A stretch of 62,171 nucleotides of DNA, counting the filler, from Stramenopiles sp. TOSAG23-2 (Eukaryota): NCBI GenBank assembly GCA_900128395.1. It is 3 parts of 3 records of this genome, joined end to end, with 100 filler letters (N's around TTAATTAATTAA, not from the genome) between each part and the next. Parts side by side here need not be neighbours in the genome. Positions count along the whole stretch, not along the records: positions 41,547 to 62,171 come from LT649554.1; 2 more parts are not named here. One strand, written 5' to 3'. The position numbers and the translations under genes are program-made. This document shows positions 44,245 to 55,425 of the stretch, piece after piece. Below the pieces are notes generated by a model that ran no database searches, was not told where the DNA came from, and saw only the letters and a list, made by a program, of their open reading frames with translations. The number at the start of each line of letters is the position of its first letter. The first letter of the stretch is position 1.

Positions 44245-47200
44245 CTACTCTGCTGGGGACTCGTCTACATGGTATATGTCATCCATAATAATATCATTAC
44301 GCGTTTTATCTATAAATTCTACTTCCATTTTCCCATCATTTCCAACATTCAAGACTTTACCTTCATATGTATCTTCCCAACTTTCACGAAAAGCCGATAT
44401 GACATCACCAGTTTTTATCTTGAATTCATCATAAAATATAATTTCTTCAATTATTACATTATGCAAATCTTCTTCGCCCTCAAAAAGCTCAACATGATGG
44501 AATTTACGATTAATTGCACCACGATACGTACCTTGAAAAGTAGCATTTATTAATATACCATCCCAACGATCTGTCAAATTTTTCATCCAACATTTTTTCC
44601 CTGCCTCTATTATATTTGTTGGTTCTATTTGTACTAAGTCCTTTACTTCGTCATAAAATTTTAACATAATGGTATTAAACATACGATCTACCTTATTGTA
44701 TTTCTTTTTATCATTGACCATTTCATCACGAACCGATGGAGTCAATCGAAAGCCTTGGTTTATCATTGTACATAAATCTTCTTTATTTATTACTGGTGAT
44801 TTATATTTATTACGAGCTATTAATAGTTCTTTTAATTTTTTCAAATTTAATTTTTCTTCATTTTTTTTTAAATGTACATGATCTTCTATTAAATTTTGTA
44901 AACCAGGTGCATCTAATTCACCCGTACCATCGCCACCATATTTACCCCATGGTGTTGCCGCTATACCGCTTGATCCAATACTTTCATCACTCGAGTTTAA
45001 ATCTTCTGCATCGAAAAATTTTTCTTGGATGTTTTCGATCATTTTCTTATTTTCCTTTTGAAAGATGATCAATTCTTTTTTTATGGAATCAACAATTTTA
45101 AATACAGTTGGATGAAATGCCGGATCTTCTTTTAAATAATTTGCACGCATTTTATCCGTAAAACGCAACATATTGTTAATGAATATTGCAAATTCAATAG
45201 CATCAACGGTGCCATCTGAATCAGAATCCATTTTACTTATAACTTTTTCACAATCTTTTATTGTTAATTTCAAATTAAAACCACTTTCTAACATTTTTTT
45301 CCATTCATCTTTATCCAAAGAACCATCGCCTGTAGTCTTACCCTTTTGATTTTGTTTCCCATCCCCAGTATCAAAAATTTGAAATACTTCATTCATGTAA
45401 TCTTTCATATCTTTTTCAAATATATTTCGTTCTTTAAACGTTTTACAATTATTATCAATTGTTTCAAAGACATCATTCATTATATTTATTACGGATGGTA
45501 CATTTGTGAAGCATTCCTTTATGTATGCTTGACGTCTTGGTGTATCTGCTAAAATACCATTTGCCAGAAATTCAATAAAAAGTTTCTTATCTAAATTGTT
45601 CTTCTTGTTGTTGTTATTTTTGTTATCATTGCTACCAGTAATAGCAGCTAAAATACTATCATACATAACATTGAAATCTTTTGAAGTAATTGTTTTTTTC
45701 AAGCCAAACATTTTAAACATTTGTTCACAATTTCTTTTTGATATATATCCAACATTAGTCGCGTCATATAAATACCATATGCTATTGATATATTCTTGCA
45801 AATCGTTTTGGCCATTTCTTTTCATTGTGAATTCTTTTAATTCTTTCTCTATTGCTTCAAATGCATCACACATAACAGTTTGCATTTTCCCGCGTGTACG
45901 ATATAATTTACGCTCTTCCGCGGCCATTTCAATACCGTTAATTGCGAACAATGCTAATTCATTGCTATTTAACGTCCCATTGCCATCTTTATCAATAACG
46001 TTTAGTACCCTTGTACAATTGGCTTTACTAACCGATTTTGGTTTTAGCAATGCATCTAAAAATGTTTTAAACACGGTGGCATTAATAGTAGCTTTACTAT
46101 TTCCAACTACTGCATTTAATTTAAATTCTAAATAGGCATCTAAATCCATTTTTAATTGAACATTATGAGTAATATGCTTTTCAATCGCATCAAAAGGTAA
46201 TTCATATCGTTCCGCATCATCATCAAATATTATTGTACATGTGCCAGCTGTTTCATTCACTTTTTCTACATCGCCAGCGTAATACCATCCATCCCATGCT
46301 TCCAGGGTTGCTTTAACACTTTCGCCAACTTTAAAAGGTGCGGTAGATTTCTTAGTCTTTTTCATAAATGTTTGTTGTATAGCATTAAAAAATTTGATGG
46401 CTGTTGCAAATACTGCACCTTGCTTAGCGTATTCTTTCTTCTCCTCTTCATTCATTAAAACAGATGGGTATATAAAATAACTTAATTCATCTTTTTCTAT
46501 TTTGCCATTACCATTTTCATCGACCATGTCTAAAAATGCTTTGACTTCCTTATCTGTGAAATTTTCATGTAATACATCTTCCATCATTTTTTTAGTTTCT
46601 TTCAAGTTGATGGTATTGTTTTTATCAGCATCGTATGTACTCCATATTTTATTTAAGCATTCTTGTATCTCGGAAATTTTCTGTTTCCGAAACAATTTTC
46701 GTTCTCTATCAACACCATCAAAAAATTTCACAATTGTTGCATGCAAATCACCTCGTTTTGCATATTGTTTTTTACCTTTGATCGTCAAATCTACACCTGC
46801 GTTAATGAATTGTAATAAATCATTCTGTGATATAAGTCCTTTGCCAGCTGTATCCACACCGTCTAAAAACTCTTTGCATTGTTTCATATTTAAATGTTTA
46901 ATTTGTGTAATATCTTCCATCATCTGTTTCAATTCCTCTACATCTATGCCCCCACTTTTATCTGCATCGTATTTATTCCATATGCTGCTAACATATGCAA
47001 TAATTTCTGGCATTTGCAAAGATCCATCGCTTTGATCTTCAAAATATTGATCTAATCCTTCCCTACCATTTTCTGTAAAAACATCTTTTGCCTCATCGAC
47101 TCCATTAAAAAATGCTATCATAATGTCTTGCAACTCTCCGCGACTTGCATATTCTTCTTTTTCTTTTGCCGTCATGGAAATGCCACGTTGTATAAAGTCA

Positions 47201-50200
47201 CTCAATTCCTCTCGCTGTACTGTGCCATTTTTGTCTTCATCAATGTTAATTAAAAATTCTTGAATGCGAGATTCCTCTATATTCCCTATTCCTGTTACTT
47301 TTTCCACCATTTGTTTTAGCCCAGTCGCTCCTAAATGGTTGTTTTTATTTGTGGTGTAACGCTCCCAAATTTCTTTTACAAAAGCTTCAATTTCTTTGGT
47401 TTCTTTATCGCGGAAATTTTTACTTTTCTTATTAAGGCCTTCCATAAATTGAACAGTTAACAGCTGGATTTCTCCGCCTTTAGAATACGTTTCCTGTTCT
47501 TGAACTGCCATTGTGTGGTAAGGATGATTGACTAAAAATAAAATAAATGGCTCTTTTACAAGATTTTCAGATTTAGCATTCACGCTTTTGATAAACGCTT
47601 TACATTGCTTCGTAGTAATTTCTTTCAATTTCGTGAGATCTTCAATCATCTTTTTGGTCGAATTAAAATCTATCTGATCCTTTTCATCTACATCATAGTT
47701 TTGCCATAATGATCGTTCTACATATGCCCTTATTTCTTTAACTTTTATACTTGGATCTGCTATATCTTCCATATATTCGTCAAGGGCATCTTTGCCTTTC
47801 TTATTGAATAATTCTCTTGCTTTGTCAACACCTGCAAAAAATTGCATTATTGTATCATGCAACCGACCTTGCTGACTGTATTGTAAACGATCCTCTTGTG
47901 ATAGTAACATACCATGGAAAATAAAGTCACTCAACTCTTCTCTATCGATTTTACCATTTTTGTCTTTATCAATGGAAATTAAAAATTTATTACAATCTTC
48001 AACATCCACATTTTTTATCCCAGTTAAATCCTCCAGCATAATTTTAGTCTCACCAGCTTCGATAAATCCACTATTGTCACTGTCATATAAGTTCCATATA
48101 TGATCTATAAAGGTTTTAATGTTTGCAATTTCAGAATTTCGGAATTCAACTCTTGCTTCATTAATACCTTCAAAAAAACTAACAATTATCTTATGCAACT
48201 CACCACGGCTTGCATATTCCTTTCGCTCACCAATTGTCATGTTGATACCGTGATTGATAAAATCAAGCAACTCATCTTTTAAAATCTTTTTGTTACTATG
48301 TTTCCTACCACTTTCATCAATTTCATTTACACTATTTAGAAATTCTTGACATAATTGTTTGCTCACTGCTTTTTTGGCATGGGTAATATCTTCAAGCATT
48401 TGCTTTGTTTCTTCTACGTCTATCTCTCCATTATTGTCCGCGTCGTACTTATTCCATATGCTATCAACAAATGCGTTTATTTCAGACATTTTGTATGGAT
48501 CCACTTCATTTTCTTCTTGCTCCCTCTTAAAATGATCCAACTCATTCGCAAATCCTTTGAATACTTTCAATAAAAATTCGTGGTATGAGCTTTGAGATCC
48601 ATATGCTTCCTGTTTTTCATTATTCATACACATTGCTTTTACAATATATACATGTAGCTGATCGTTAGATACATCGGATGGTATACTTGATTTTGATTTT
48701 TTTTCATCATTATCTGTATGTTCATCTTCATTTCGTACTCGGTTGATGAATGATTGCACTATGTCGTGTGATATTGATTTCTCTGATGACATATCTTGTA
48801 ACAATACTGTACATGTTTCCATTGTTAATTTAGGATTACCATTGGAATATACATCAAGTATATGTGACGCAAATGGTTTATATAATTCCATTTTTTTATT
48901 CTCATAATCTCTATATCGATTTTCGAAACCATTTATGAAGTCTATCAATGTCTGATAAAATGCACCCTTTGCCGCGTATCCTTTTCTTTCGTCTGCTTTC
49001 ATGGCCATCATATCATCGACAAAAAATATAAACTCTTCTTTTTCTATTTTGTTATCGCTTTCATGATCTTTCATTTTATCTTGCTCATTTAACGATTTTA
49101 CAAATTGCTCGCATTCCTCACGTGATATTGATTTGTGGCCTGTAATATCTGATAATAGTTGTTTTGTTTCATCTACCGATATACTGCCATTACGATCTGT
49201 GTCGTATTTAGTCCATATAGTATCAATATACGCTATTAATATGCTTAATTCGAAATCATGTTCTATTAATATCATACTAGCATCGCTACTGCCACTTTTA
49301 CCAGATGTGTTTAAAATATCCTTTTCTTTCTCCTGTTCTTCCTTGTAAAGTTTCCATTTAGCACCAATGCCTTTGAATACTTTCAATAAAAATTCGTGGT
49401 ATGAGCTTTGAGATCCATATGCTTCCTGTTTTTCATTATTCATACACATTGCTTTTACAATATATACATGTAGCTGATCGTTAGATACATCGGATGGTAT
49501 ACTTGATTTTGATTTTTTTTCATCATTATCTGTATGTTCATCTTCATTTCGTACTCGGTTGATGAATGATTGCACTATGTCGTGTGATATTGATTTCTCT
49601 GATGACATATCTTGTAACAATACTGTACATGTTTCCATTGTTAATTTAGGATTACCATTGGAATATACATCAAGTATATGTGACGCAAATGGTTTATATA
49701 ATTCCATTTTTTTATTCTCATAATCTCTATATCGATTTTCGAAACCATTTATGAAGTCTATCAATGTCTGATAAAATGCACCCTTTGCCGCGTATCCTTT
49801 TCTTTCGTCTGCTTTCATGGCCATCATATCATCGACAAAAAATATAAACTCTTCTTTTTCTATTTTGTTATCGCTTTCATGATCTTTCATTTTATCTTGC
49901 TCATTTAACGATTTTACAAATTGCTCGCATTCCTTACGTGATATTGATTTGTGGCCTGTAATATCTGATAATAGTTGTTTTGTTTCATCTACCGATATAC
50001 TGCCATTACGATCTGTGTCGTATTTAGTCCATATAGTATCAATATACGCTATTAATATGCTTAATTCGAAATCATGTTCTATCATACTAACATCGCTACT
50101 ACCACTTTTACTAGATGTGTTACTATCATTGCTACTACTGCTTTCAATTGATATGTCTAATGCGTTGTTTTTTATGTTCATTTCTTGATTGTCTTTCTTC

Positions 50201-53200
50201 TTTTTATTCTCATTAAAAGCCGTACGTTGCTTATCCAAACCATCAAAAAATTTTACTATTGTTGCATGCAAGTCGCTTCTTTTCCTAAAACTGTCTCTAT
50301 TTTCGCTGCTCATGGAAATTCCTCCTATTGAAAATTTAATTAACTCCTCCTTCGAAATTGTATCATCGTCCATACTTATACTACTAACGAATCGGTTAAA
50401 ATTTTCGTGTTCAATTTGTTCTGTGTTTCCAGTTACTTCCTGTATCATCTTCTTTGTCTCCTCCTCTTCAATAAATCCGCTTCCATCAGCATCGTATTTG
50501 TTCCAAATAAAATCAAGGAAATCCGTTACACCTCCGAACATATCTTCCCTACGCTTTTCTAAATTTTGCTCAAGCGCATTAAAAAAATCCATTAATATCT
50601 TTTCCAAACGACCTTGTTTAGCAAACTCTACGCGTTCTTCCGCCTTCATATCGAGACCTCCTTCTATTGCAAGTACCAACTCTTCTTTTTTCAAAGAAAG
50701 CCTTGCTACTGAATCCGTATTTTTCAATTCCTCGTTTGATATTTTAATTAGTTCTTTTACAAATGCTTTGCAATCATCTTCTGTAATTTTAGTAGCTCCG
50801 GTAATATCTACCAGCATTTTTTTAGTTTCCTCAATCTCAATGTAGCCAACATTGTTTTTATCATACGTGTTCCATATAGTATCAATAAATCCGTCGAGGA
50901 ATGGAGATAGAGAATTCAGCGAGGAGCCAATAGAAGAGCCAATGGATGACGCGGCTTCTATAGTTTTATTTTCAGTTTTTAATTCTTTTGAATCTTTACC
51001 AACTTCATCTTCCTTGGCCTTTTCTTCTTCATCTTTACTTTCTTCGATTCCTTTTTTGTCGTCTTTCCCTATTGAAGTTGGGGCTAATGCTGCTTTTTTA
51101 ATTGTTACTATTGGTTCTGGCTCCACCTTTTCAATATATTGTTTTTGTGTTGTTTTTGTTGCTTTTTTGCTACTTAATGCCGCTCCAATACCACCAAGCA
51201 CTGCTCCTACGCCGCCCGTTATCATTGTAGCAGCTCTACTAACAGCTGCAGAGTTTAACACCATCTTTTTGAATAGCTTTCCGCCAGCTAAAGACTTTGC
51301 AGCATTAACTGCTTTAAGTATTTGGATATTTGGAGAGGTATATAGCGCGCTAGCTAGATCGCTTACTTGTTTCTCTAGTAATGTAGCAGCTTCTTCGGCT
51401 ATCATTCCAGAACCATCACTTGATGGCAAAATTGAAAAGTCGATGATAACACTACCTGATTTGATACTTTTGATTTCAAATCGATCTTTATGTATGCCAA
51501 GAGAATGAGAAAAATCGTTTGCTATTTGGTTTTCATATTTTTTTCGTTCTGGGGTACCACTTTTTGCTATTGAGGTGTAATCTAAATCTAATGTTAATGA
51601 CGAGTCAACTTGTGCAAGGTGTTTGTTTTCATCTGTAACCTTGTACTCCTTTATTTGCTTTTCATTCGCCATATCGTTTGTCTTTAGAGCTTCTTCCTTT
51701 ACTGCTTGGCCTTTCACTGCGTCTTCCTCTTCCCTCTGCACTTGAGACTCGTACTTTCGTTGTATTACAACAGCAGCTTGCTTTTCAATTTCGTCTGCAC
51801 TTAATACAGTACTCAAATCTGTCATGTCCAATTGTGCAAATTTGGAAATGTTTGAAGTATCTGACAGCTTTGCAAATTCAGTATTAGCACTAAATAGAGT
51901 TGTTTCGGAAAGGATATCATCAATAGATTCTTTCCGTATTAATGAAGTCCTACGACCAGTTTTTGCATCGCTAACAGCGTTATCGAAATCATTATTGAAT
52001 TTATGCAACTCCTGAACATGTGGAAATACAAGCTCATTTAAGATAGCTTTGTGCTTTTTTGATTGAACCATTCGTTCCTCGCGCAATTCGAAAGCGTGTG
52101 GTATTCTCATGCTCAAGCGTCTTAATTTTTGGACTTTTTTCATGGATTGCGCGTTGCGTTTTTTTATTTTCAAATTATGACTATGCGCTGAAGCGGCTAC
52201 TATTTTTGATCGTTCTTTGCGGCGCTCTAGCAGCTTTTTGCGCTCAACGCGACGTTCTCTTGCTTCAGCTGCTAATTTCTTCAATTCACCTTTTGATTCT
52301 GCCAACTTGGCTAATGCTTCCTTCGCTTTCTTTTTTTCCTCCACCCGCAACGTTTCTGCATTAAAACGTTTCACAGCATTTTCAATTGCTAATACCAGTA
52401 CTTCCTGTTGAAACGATTGGCGTCTGTTTTTTTTTTCCTGTTTTATGATAATTTTTTCCTCCTTTCCAGCTTTTAAAGCTTTTAAGACAGGTGCCATACG
52501 ATTGACATTTCGGTTTATATCTTCAGTTTTTTTCTCTAGTTTTTCCATCTTTACTATACCAGCTTCCGCAAATTGCGATGCTAATTGTTTATATGACTGT
52601 CTACGGCTACGGCGTGCTTTAATTTTTCTTGGTATTGACGTTATCACGCTGGATAATCGTCGCTGTTTCTGCTTTATTTCTTCTTTGCGATTCTGTCTCT
52701 CTTCAACTTTTTTAAGTATACTTGAATATACTGGTTCTGTTTTTTGTGGGATTTCACCACCGTCTTTGTCGTTAACTGCCCTGCGATAATCCACTCGTTC
52801 ATATATGCCTTTTTCTTTGTTGTATATTGGTTTATGCACAGGTTCATACATAAGCTTCTTATGTTTTTTCAATTGCATTTTTTGCAGGCTTTGTGGTATA
52901 TCTTCATGCAGAGTTCTCCATACTTCATTCCTTAGTAATATTCGGCGTATCATCATTTGCCGCTTATTTGCTACCATTAGCGCGTTTTTACCCATTACTT
53001 TGCGTAGTTTTCGAATACGTTTTTTTTCTTGCCTCATTCTTGCTCGATTGAATTTTGTAGAATTGATAATATCTTTAGTTCTAGATTGCCACGTAGATTT
53101 ATCAACTTTTCGCTGTAAAACTTTCTTTCCTTTTTCTGCTGCCTCCATAAACACTTTAAATCGTAATTCTTGTTTTGTAGTAATTAAATCTTTTACTTTC

Positions 53201-55425
53201 TTTGACATAATTAAACCAGTAACAGCAGATTTCAATGACCTAATTTTCGTTTTTTTATTTTTTATTCTTTGTCTATCTTGTGCCTTTACTATAGCACCAC
53301 TTAGCATAGAATTATATTTAATCTCCGCTATTTTACGATCTCGTTCTGCTTCGATTTCTTTCTTTCGCTTCTTTGCTTCTTCTTTTGCCAATCGTAATTG
53401 GCTTGGACTAACCCTGTACGATTTTCCATCAAAACCAAGCACATCGTACGAAGTCTCGTTTAACGTCTCGTTAATTTCCATCAACACGCCTTCAATAAAA
53501 CCACTATTTGAATATTCTACAAATTCATCCAAGGATATTTTATGGTCCCCGTCTTTATCTTCTTTTTCTGTAAGCTTTTCGATTGTTTCATCTTCGAGAT
53601 CAACGCCCATTGCTTTAAACCCTATTTTGATTTCCGACGGTATTAAAAACCCATCGTTGTTTTTATCTATACGCTTAAACGTATCTTCGATTTCTTTTTT
53701 TCTTTCTCGTATTGCTTTTATAGTTGTTGGTGATGGATGTTCGAATTCAATTACATCCCCAACTTCATATACAACTTGCGGCGGTCTGGCAGTTATTCTG
53801 CCATCTGGTTTAATATTTTGCTCTAATTTTGATGCTGTAATAATCAAAATACCATTTGCTGAAGTTTCTTCTTTTTCTTCCTTTTTATTCACTTTGGCAC
53901 CAAAAACTTTATTATGTAGACGTAGACTTATCATTTCTGCCTTTTCTCCAATATTGAAATACTTCAAATGTTTGACAATATCCAAATCAGCCACACCTAA
54001 ACAGTCTCCATTATTTCTCATAACACGCATTTGTATTTTTTGATTATCATGAACATGCACTATAAAATCATCGTTGTATTCTGGTGATGTTGTTTTTTTA
54101 TTGCAGAAAATTGATTGGTGCTCTATTTGGTTATCGACATCAACAAGTATATATGATGTGGTTTCGCGCTTTAATCCAGCGGCAGATATTATTGTTATAT
54201 GGTACGATGATTTCTTATTTTTAATTGGTGGAGGGGATGATTTAAATTTATGTTTTACATCTGTCTTTACCTCATCAAAGATTTCCTCTTTTTCCATTTC
54301 TAAATGCGTCGGACTGGAAACTAATATGGAATTTCTACGTGGTGACCTTGGTTTTGAAAAGCTTATGTCGGGTATATCATCTAACCTCCTTTGTTTTTCC
54401 TCATTATTGCCATTATATCCACCATTATAAATAGGTAATTGGCTTATAGTACGAATAGCGCTTCTACTCAATTTTATTCCTAAGCATTTTTTCATACCAT
54501 TTGCAAAATTATTTGGTGATTCTAATAGTTGTTCATAATCTTCATTGCCCCACTGTTTGCCCCATGTCGGTTTTAAAGCACTTGCATAGTCATTTACTTG
54601 CAAGTCAATATATCCTAACGATCGCAAAATTTTTTTAACTTCAATTTCATACGTTTGAGGTATTCGCGGATTGGTGAAAGGTAATTGTGTTATAACAGGT
54701 CTTGCTAATATGTATGATTTACATTTTGTGCATGAAAATGATTTTTTCAATTTGGGTGCCCATGCACTATTTCCATTTGCAACTTCCAGTTCTATAGGTG
54801 TTGGCTTTTTACACATAGGGCAGCGCATCACGCACATTGCGCTTAAACGCAATTTCATGGTGCAACTGTACAGTCGCCAAAATCGTGCTATACGATTGAC
54901 TCGCTCATCATAATAGACTTTTTTAGCACGGAAAAAAGTCTGTATTAATACTGCTGCACGGTGCTTTCTATCTTGTCTTTGTAAAGCATTTAATGCTTCT
55001 AATTCTGCTGTTACATTTTTCGTTGTATTGTCATTTTTTGCAATCGTTTCCAGTGTTGTCAATTCTTTCAATAGTAATTGTAACTTATGTATCGTGTCGT
55101 TCCCAATTATACGAACAGCGCGGCCGACTTTCAATGATTCTGCAAATAATTCAAACAAATCATCTGTATCTGCTGGTCTTAATGCTTCTTGTAGTATTAG
55201 TCCATCATTTAAACGTTCTACCTCCCTAGATTTTTTTAATAACATTAAAGAATAATCCTGCACAGTAGAACTTTGAGATAAACCCGATAGATTATTCAAA
55301 GATGAATCTAAATTTGACTTGTTTGGGGAAGTTTCATCTAAGTTAATGCTTGTTGTTGGAGATATCATGTTGCTGGAAGAATTATTAACTTTAGCTATTG
55401 GAGATAAATTCGGCTTATTCGCCAT
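44245..55425 (-). CDS. Giant (3726 aa) Ca2+-binding protein: IQ motif, Zn-ribbon-like CxxC pair, C2 domain, EF-hands, basic coiled coil, SEA-like domain, ~16 EF-hand-pair modules, Tudor-like domains
   Basis: AAVLIQTFFRAK; RCPMC...SCTKC; ITIISAAGL...SPEYNDDF (C2); DKNNDGFLIPSE and DKDGDHKISLDE; IKSGSVIIDFSILP; repeated IWxxYDxDxxGxIxxxE; FKVGESVKA...WYYAGDVEKV...IIFDD. Confidence 0.85.
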   Translation of the reverse strand: MANKPNLSPIAKVNNSSSNMISPTTSINLDETSPNKSNLDSSLNNLSGLSQSSTVQDYSLMLLKKSREVERLNDGLILQEALRPADTDDLFELFAESLKVGRAVRIIGNDTIHKLQLLLKELTTLETIAKNDNTTKNVTAELEALNALQRQDRKHRAAVLIQTFFRAKKVYYDERVNRIARFWRLYSCTMKLRLSAMCVMRCPMCKKPTPIELEVANGNSAWAPKLKKSFSCTKCKSYILARPVITQLPFTNPRIPQTYEIEVKKILRSLGYIDLQVNDYASALKPTWGKQWGNEDYEQLLESPNNFANGMKKCLGIKLSRSAIRTISQLPIYNGGYNGNNEEKQRRLDDIPDISFSKPRSPRRNSILVSSPTHLEMEKEEIFDEVKTDVKHKFKSSPPPIKNKKSSYHITIISAAGLKRETTSYILVDVDNQIEHQSIFCNKKTTSPEYNDDFIVHVHDNQKIQMRVMRNNGDCLGVADLDIVKHLKYFNIGEKAEMISLRLHNKVFGAKVNKKEEKEETSANGILIITASKLEQNIKPDGRITARPPQVVYEVGDVIEFEHPSPTTIKAIRERKKEIEDTFKRIDKNNDGFLIPSEIKIGFKAMGVDLEDETIEKLTEKEDKDGDHKISLDEFVEYSNSGFIEGVLMEINETLNETSYDVLGFDGKSYRVSPSQLRLAKEEAKKRKKEIEAERDRKIAEIKYNSMLSGAIVKAQDRQRIKNKKTKIRSLKSAVTGLIMSKKVKDLITTKQELRFKVFMEAAEKGKKVLQRKVDKSTWQSRTKDIINSTKFNRARMRQEKKRIRKLRKVMGKNALMVANKRQMMIRRILLRNEVWRTLHEDIPQSLQKMQLKKHKKLMYEPVHKPIYNKEKGIYERVDYRRAVNDKDGGEIPQKTEPVYSSILKKVEERQNRKEEIKQKQRRLSSVITSIPRKIKARRSRRQSYKQLASQFAEAGIVKMEKLEKKTEDINRNVNRMAPVLKALKAGKEEKIIIKQEKKNRRQSFQQEVLVLAIENAVKRFNAETLRVEEKKKAKEALAKLAESKGELKKLAAEARERRVERKKLLERRKERSKIVAASAHSHNLKIKKRNAQSMKKVQKLRRLSMRIPHAFELREERMVQSKKHKAILNELVFPHVQELHKFNNDFDNAVSDAKTGRRTSLIRKESIDDILSETTLFSANTEFAKLSDTSNISKFAQLDMTDLSTVLSADEIEKQAAVVIQRKYESQVQREEEDAVKGQAVKEEALKTNDMANEKQIKEYKVTDENKHLAQVDSSLTLDLDYTSIAKSGTPERKKYENQIANDFSHSLGIHKDRFEIKSIKSGSVIIDFSILPSSDGSGMIAEEAATLLEKQVSDLASALYTSPNIQILKAVNAAKSLAGGKLFKKMVLNSAAVSRAATMITGGVGAVLGGIGAALSSKKATKTTQKQYIEKVEPEPIVTIKKAALAPTSIGKDDKKGIEESKDEEEKAKEDEVGKDSKELKTENKTIEAASSIGSSIGSSLNSLSPFLDGFIDTIWNTYDKNNVGYIEIEETKKMLVDITGATKITEDDCKAFVKELIKISNEELKNTDSVARLSLKKEELVLAIEGGLDMKAEERVEFAKQGRLEKILMDFFNALEQNLEKRREDMFGGVTDFLDFIWNKYDADGSGFIEEEETKKMIQEVTGNTEQIEHENFNRFVSSISMDDDTISKEELIKFSIGGISMSSENRDSFRKRSDLHATIVKFFDGLDKQRTAFNENKKKKDNQEMNIKNNALDISIESSSSNDSNTSSKSGSSDVSMIEHDFELSILIAYIDTIWTKYDTDRNGSISVDETKQLLSDITGHKSISRKECEQFVKSLNEQDKMKDHESDNKIEKEEFIFFVDDMMAMKADERKGYAAKGAFYQTLIDFINGFENRYRDYENKKMELYKPFASHILDVYSNGNPKLTMETCTVLLQDMSSEKSISHDIVQSFINRVRNEDEHTDNDEKKSKSSIPSDVSNDQLHVYIVKAMCMNNEKQEAYGSQSSYHEFLLKVFKGIGAKWKLYKEEQEKEKDILNTSGKSGSSDASMILIEHDFELSILIAYIDTIWTKYDTDRNGSISVDETKQLLSDITGHKSISREECEQFVKSLNEQDKMKDHESDNKIEKEEFIFFVDDMMAMKADERKGYAAKGAFYQTLIDFINGFENRYRDYENKKMELYKPFASHILDVYSNGNPKLTMETCTVLLQDMSSEKSISHDIVQSFINRVRNEDEHTDNDEKKSKSSIPSDVSNDQLHVYIVKAMCMNNEKQEAYGSQSSYHEFLLKVFKGFANELDHFKREQEENEVDPYKMSEINAFVDSIWNKYDADNNGEIDVEETKQMLEDITHAKKAVSKQLCQEFLNSVNEIDESGRKHSNKKILKDELLDFINHGINMTIGERKEYASRGELHKIIVSFFEGINEARVEFRNSEIANIKTFIDHIWNLYDSDNSGFIEAGETKIMLEDLTGIKNVDVEDCNKFLISIDKDKNGKIDREELSDFIFHGMLLSQEDRLQYSQQGRLHDTIMQFFAGVDKARELFNKKGKDALDEYMEDIADPSIKVKEIRAYVERSLWQNYDVDEKDQIDFNSTKKMIEDLTKLKEITTKQCKAFIKSVNAKSENLVKEPFILFLVNHPYHTMAVQEQETYSKGGEIQLLTVQFMEGLNKKSKNFRDKETKEIEAFVKEIWERYTTNKNNHLGATGLKQMVEKVTGIGNIEESRIQEFLINIDEDKNGTVQREELSDFIQRGISMTAKEKEEYASRGELQDIMIAFFNGVDEAKDVFTENGREGLDQYFEDQSDGSLQMPEIIAYVSSIWNKYDADKSGGIDVEELKQMMEDITQIKHLNMKQCKEFLDGVDTAGKGLISQNDLLQFINAGVDLTIKGKKQYAKRGDLHATIVKFFDGVDRERKLFRKQKISEIQECLNKIWSTYDADKNNTINLKETKKMMEDVLHENFTDKEVKAFLDMVDENGNGKIEKDELSYFIYPSVLMNEEEKKEYAKQGAVFATAIKFFNAIQQTFMKKTKKSTAPFKVGESVKATLEAWDGWYYAGDVEKVNETAGTCTIIFDDDAERYELPFDAIEKHITHNVQLKMDLDAYLEFKLNAVVGNSKATINATVFKTFLDALLKPKSVSKANCTRVLNVIDKDGNGTLNSNELALFAINGIEMAAEERKLYRTRGKMQTVMCDAFEAIEKELKEFTMKRNGQNDLQEYINSIWYLYDATNVGYISKRNCEQMFKMFGLKKTITSKDFNVMYDSILAAITGSNDNKNNNNKKNNLDKKLFIEFLANGILADTPRRQAYIKECFTNVPSVINIMNDVFETIDNNCKTFKERNIFEKDMKDYMNEVFQIFDTGDGKQNQKGKTTGDGSLDKDEWKKMLESGFNLKLTIKDCEKVISKMDSDSDGTVDAIEFAIFINNMLRFTDKMRANYLKEDPAFHPTVFKIVDSIKKELIIFQKENKKMIENIQEKFFDAEDLNSSDESIGSSGIAATPWGKYGGDGTGELDAPGLQNLIEDHVHLKKNEEKLNLKKLKELLIARNKYKSPVINKEDLCTMINQGFRLTPSVRDEMVNDKKKYNKVDRMFNTIMLKFYDEVKDLVQIEPTNIIEAGKKCWMKNLTDRWDGILINATFQGTYRGAINRKFHHVELFEGEEDLHNVIIEEIIFYDEFKIKTGDVISAFRESWEDTYEGKVLNVGNDGKMEVEFIDKTRNDIIMDDIYHVDESPAE
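48554..50121 (-). repeat. Near-identical in-frame tandem duplication (48554-49311 and 49370-50121; 816-nt offset)
   Basis: EHDFELSILIAYIDTIW...YHEFLLKVFKG is present twice, with very few substitutions and one 6-nt indel. Confidence 0.93.

Noticed and set aside
50189-54430. Long antisense ORFs (e.g. 50189-50845, 50852-51508, 52805-54043) and similar shadow ORFs over other genes
   Set aside because: Ser/Phe/Leu-rich mirror frames of Lys/Glu-rich sense genes, with no independent motifs
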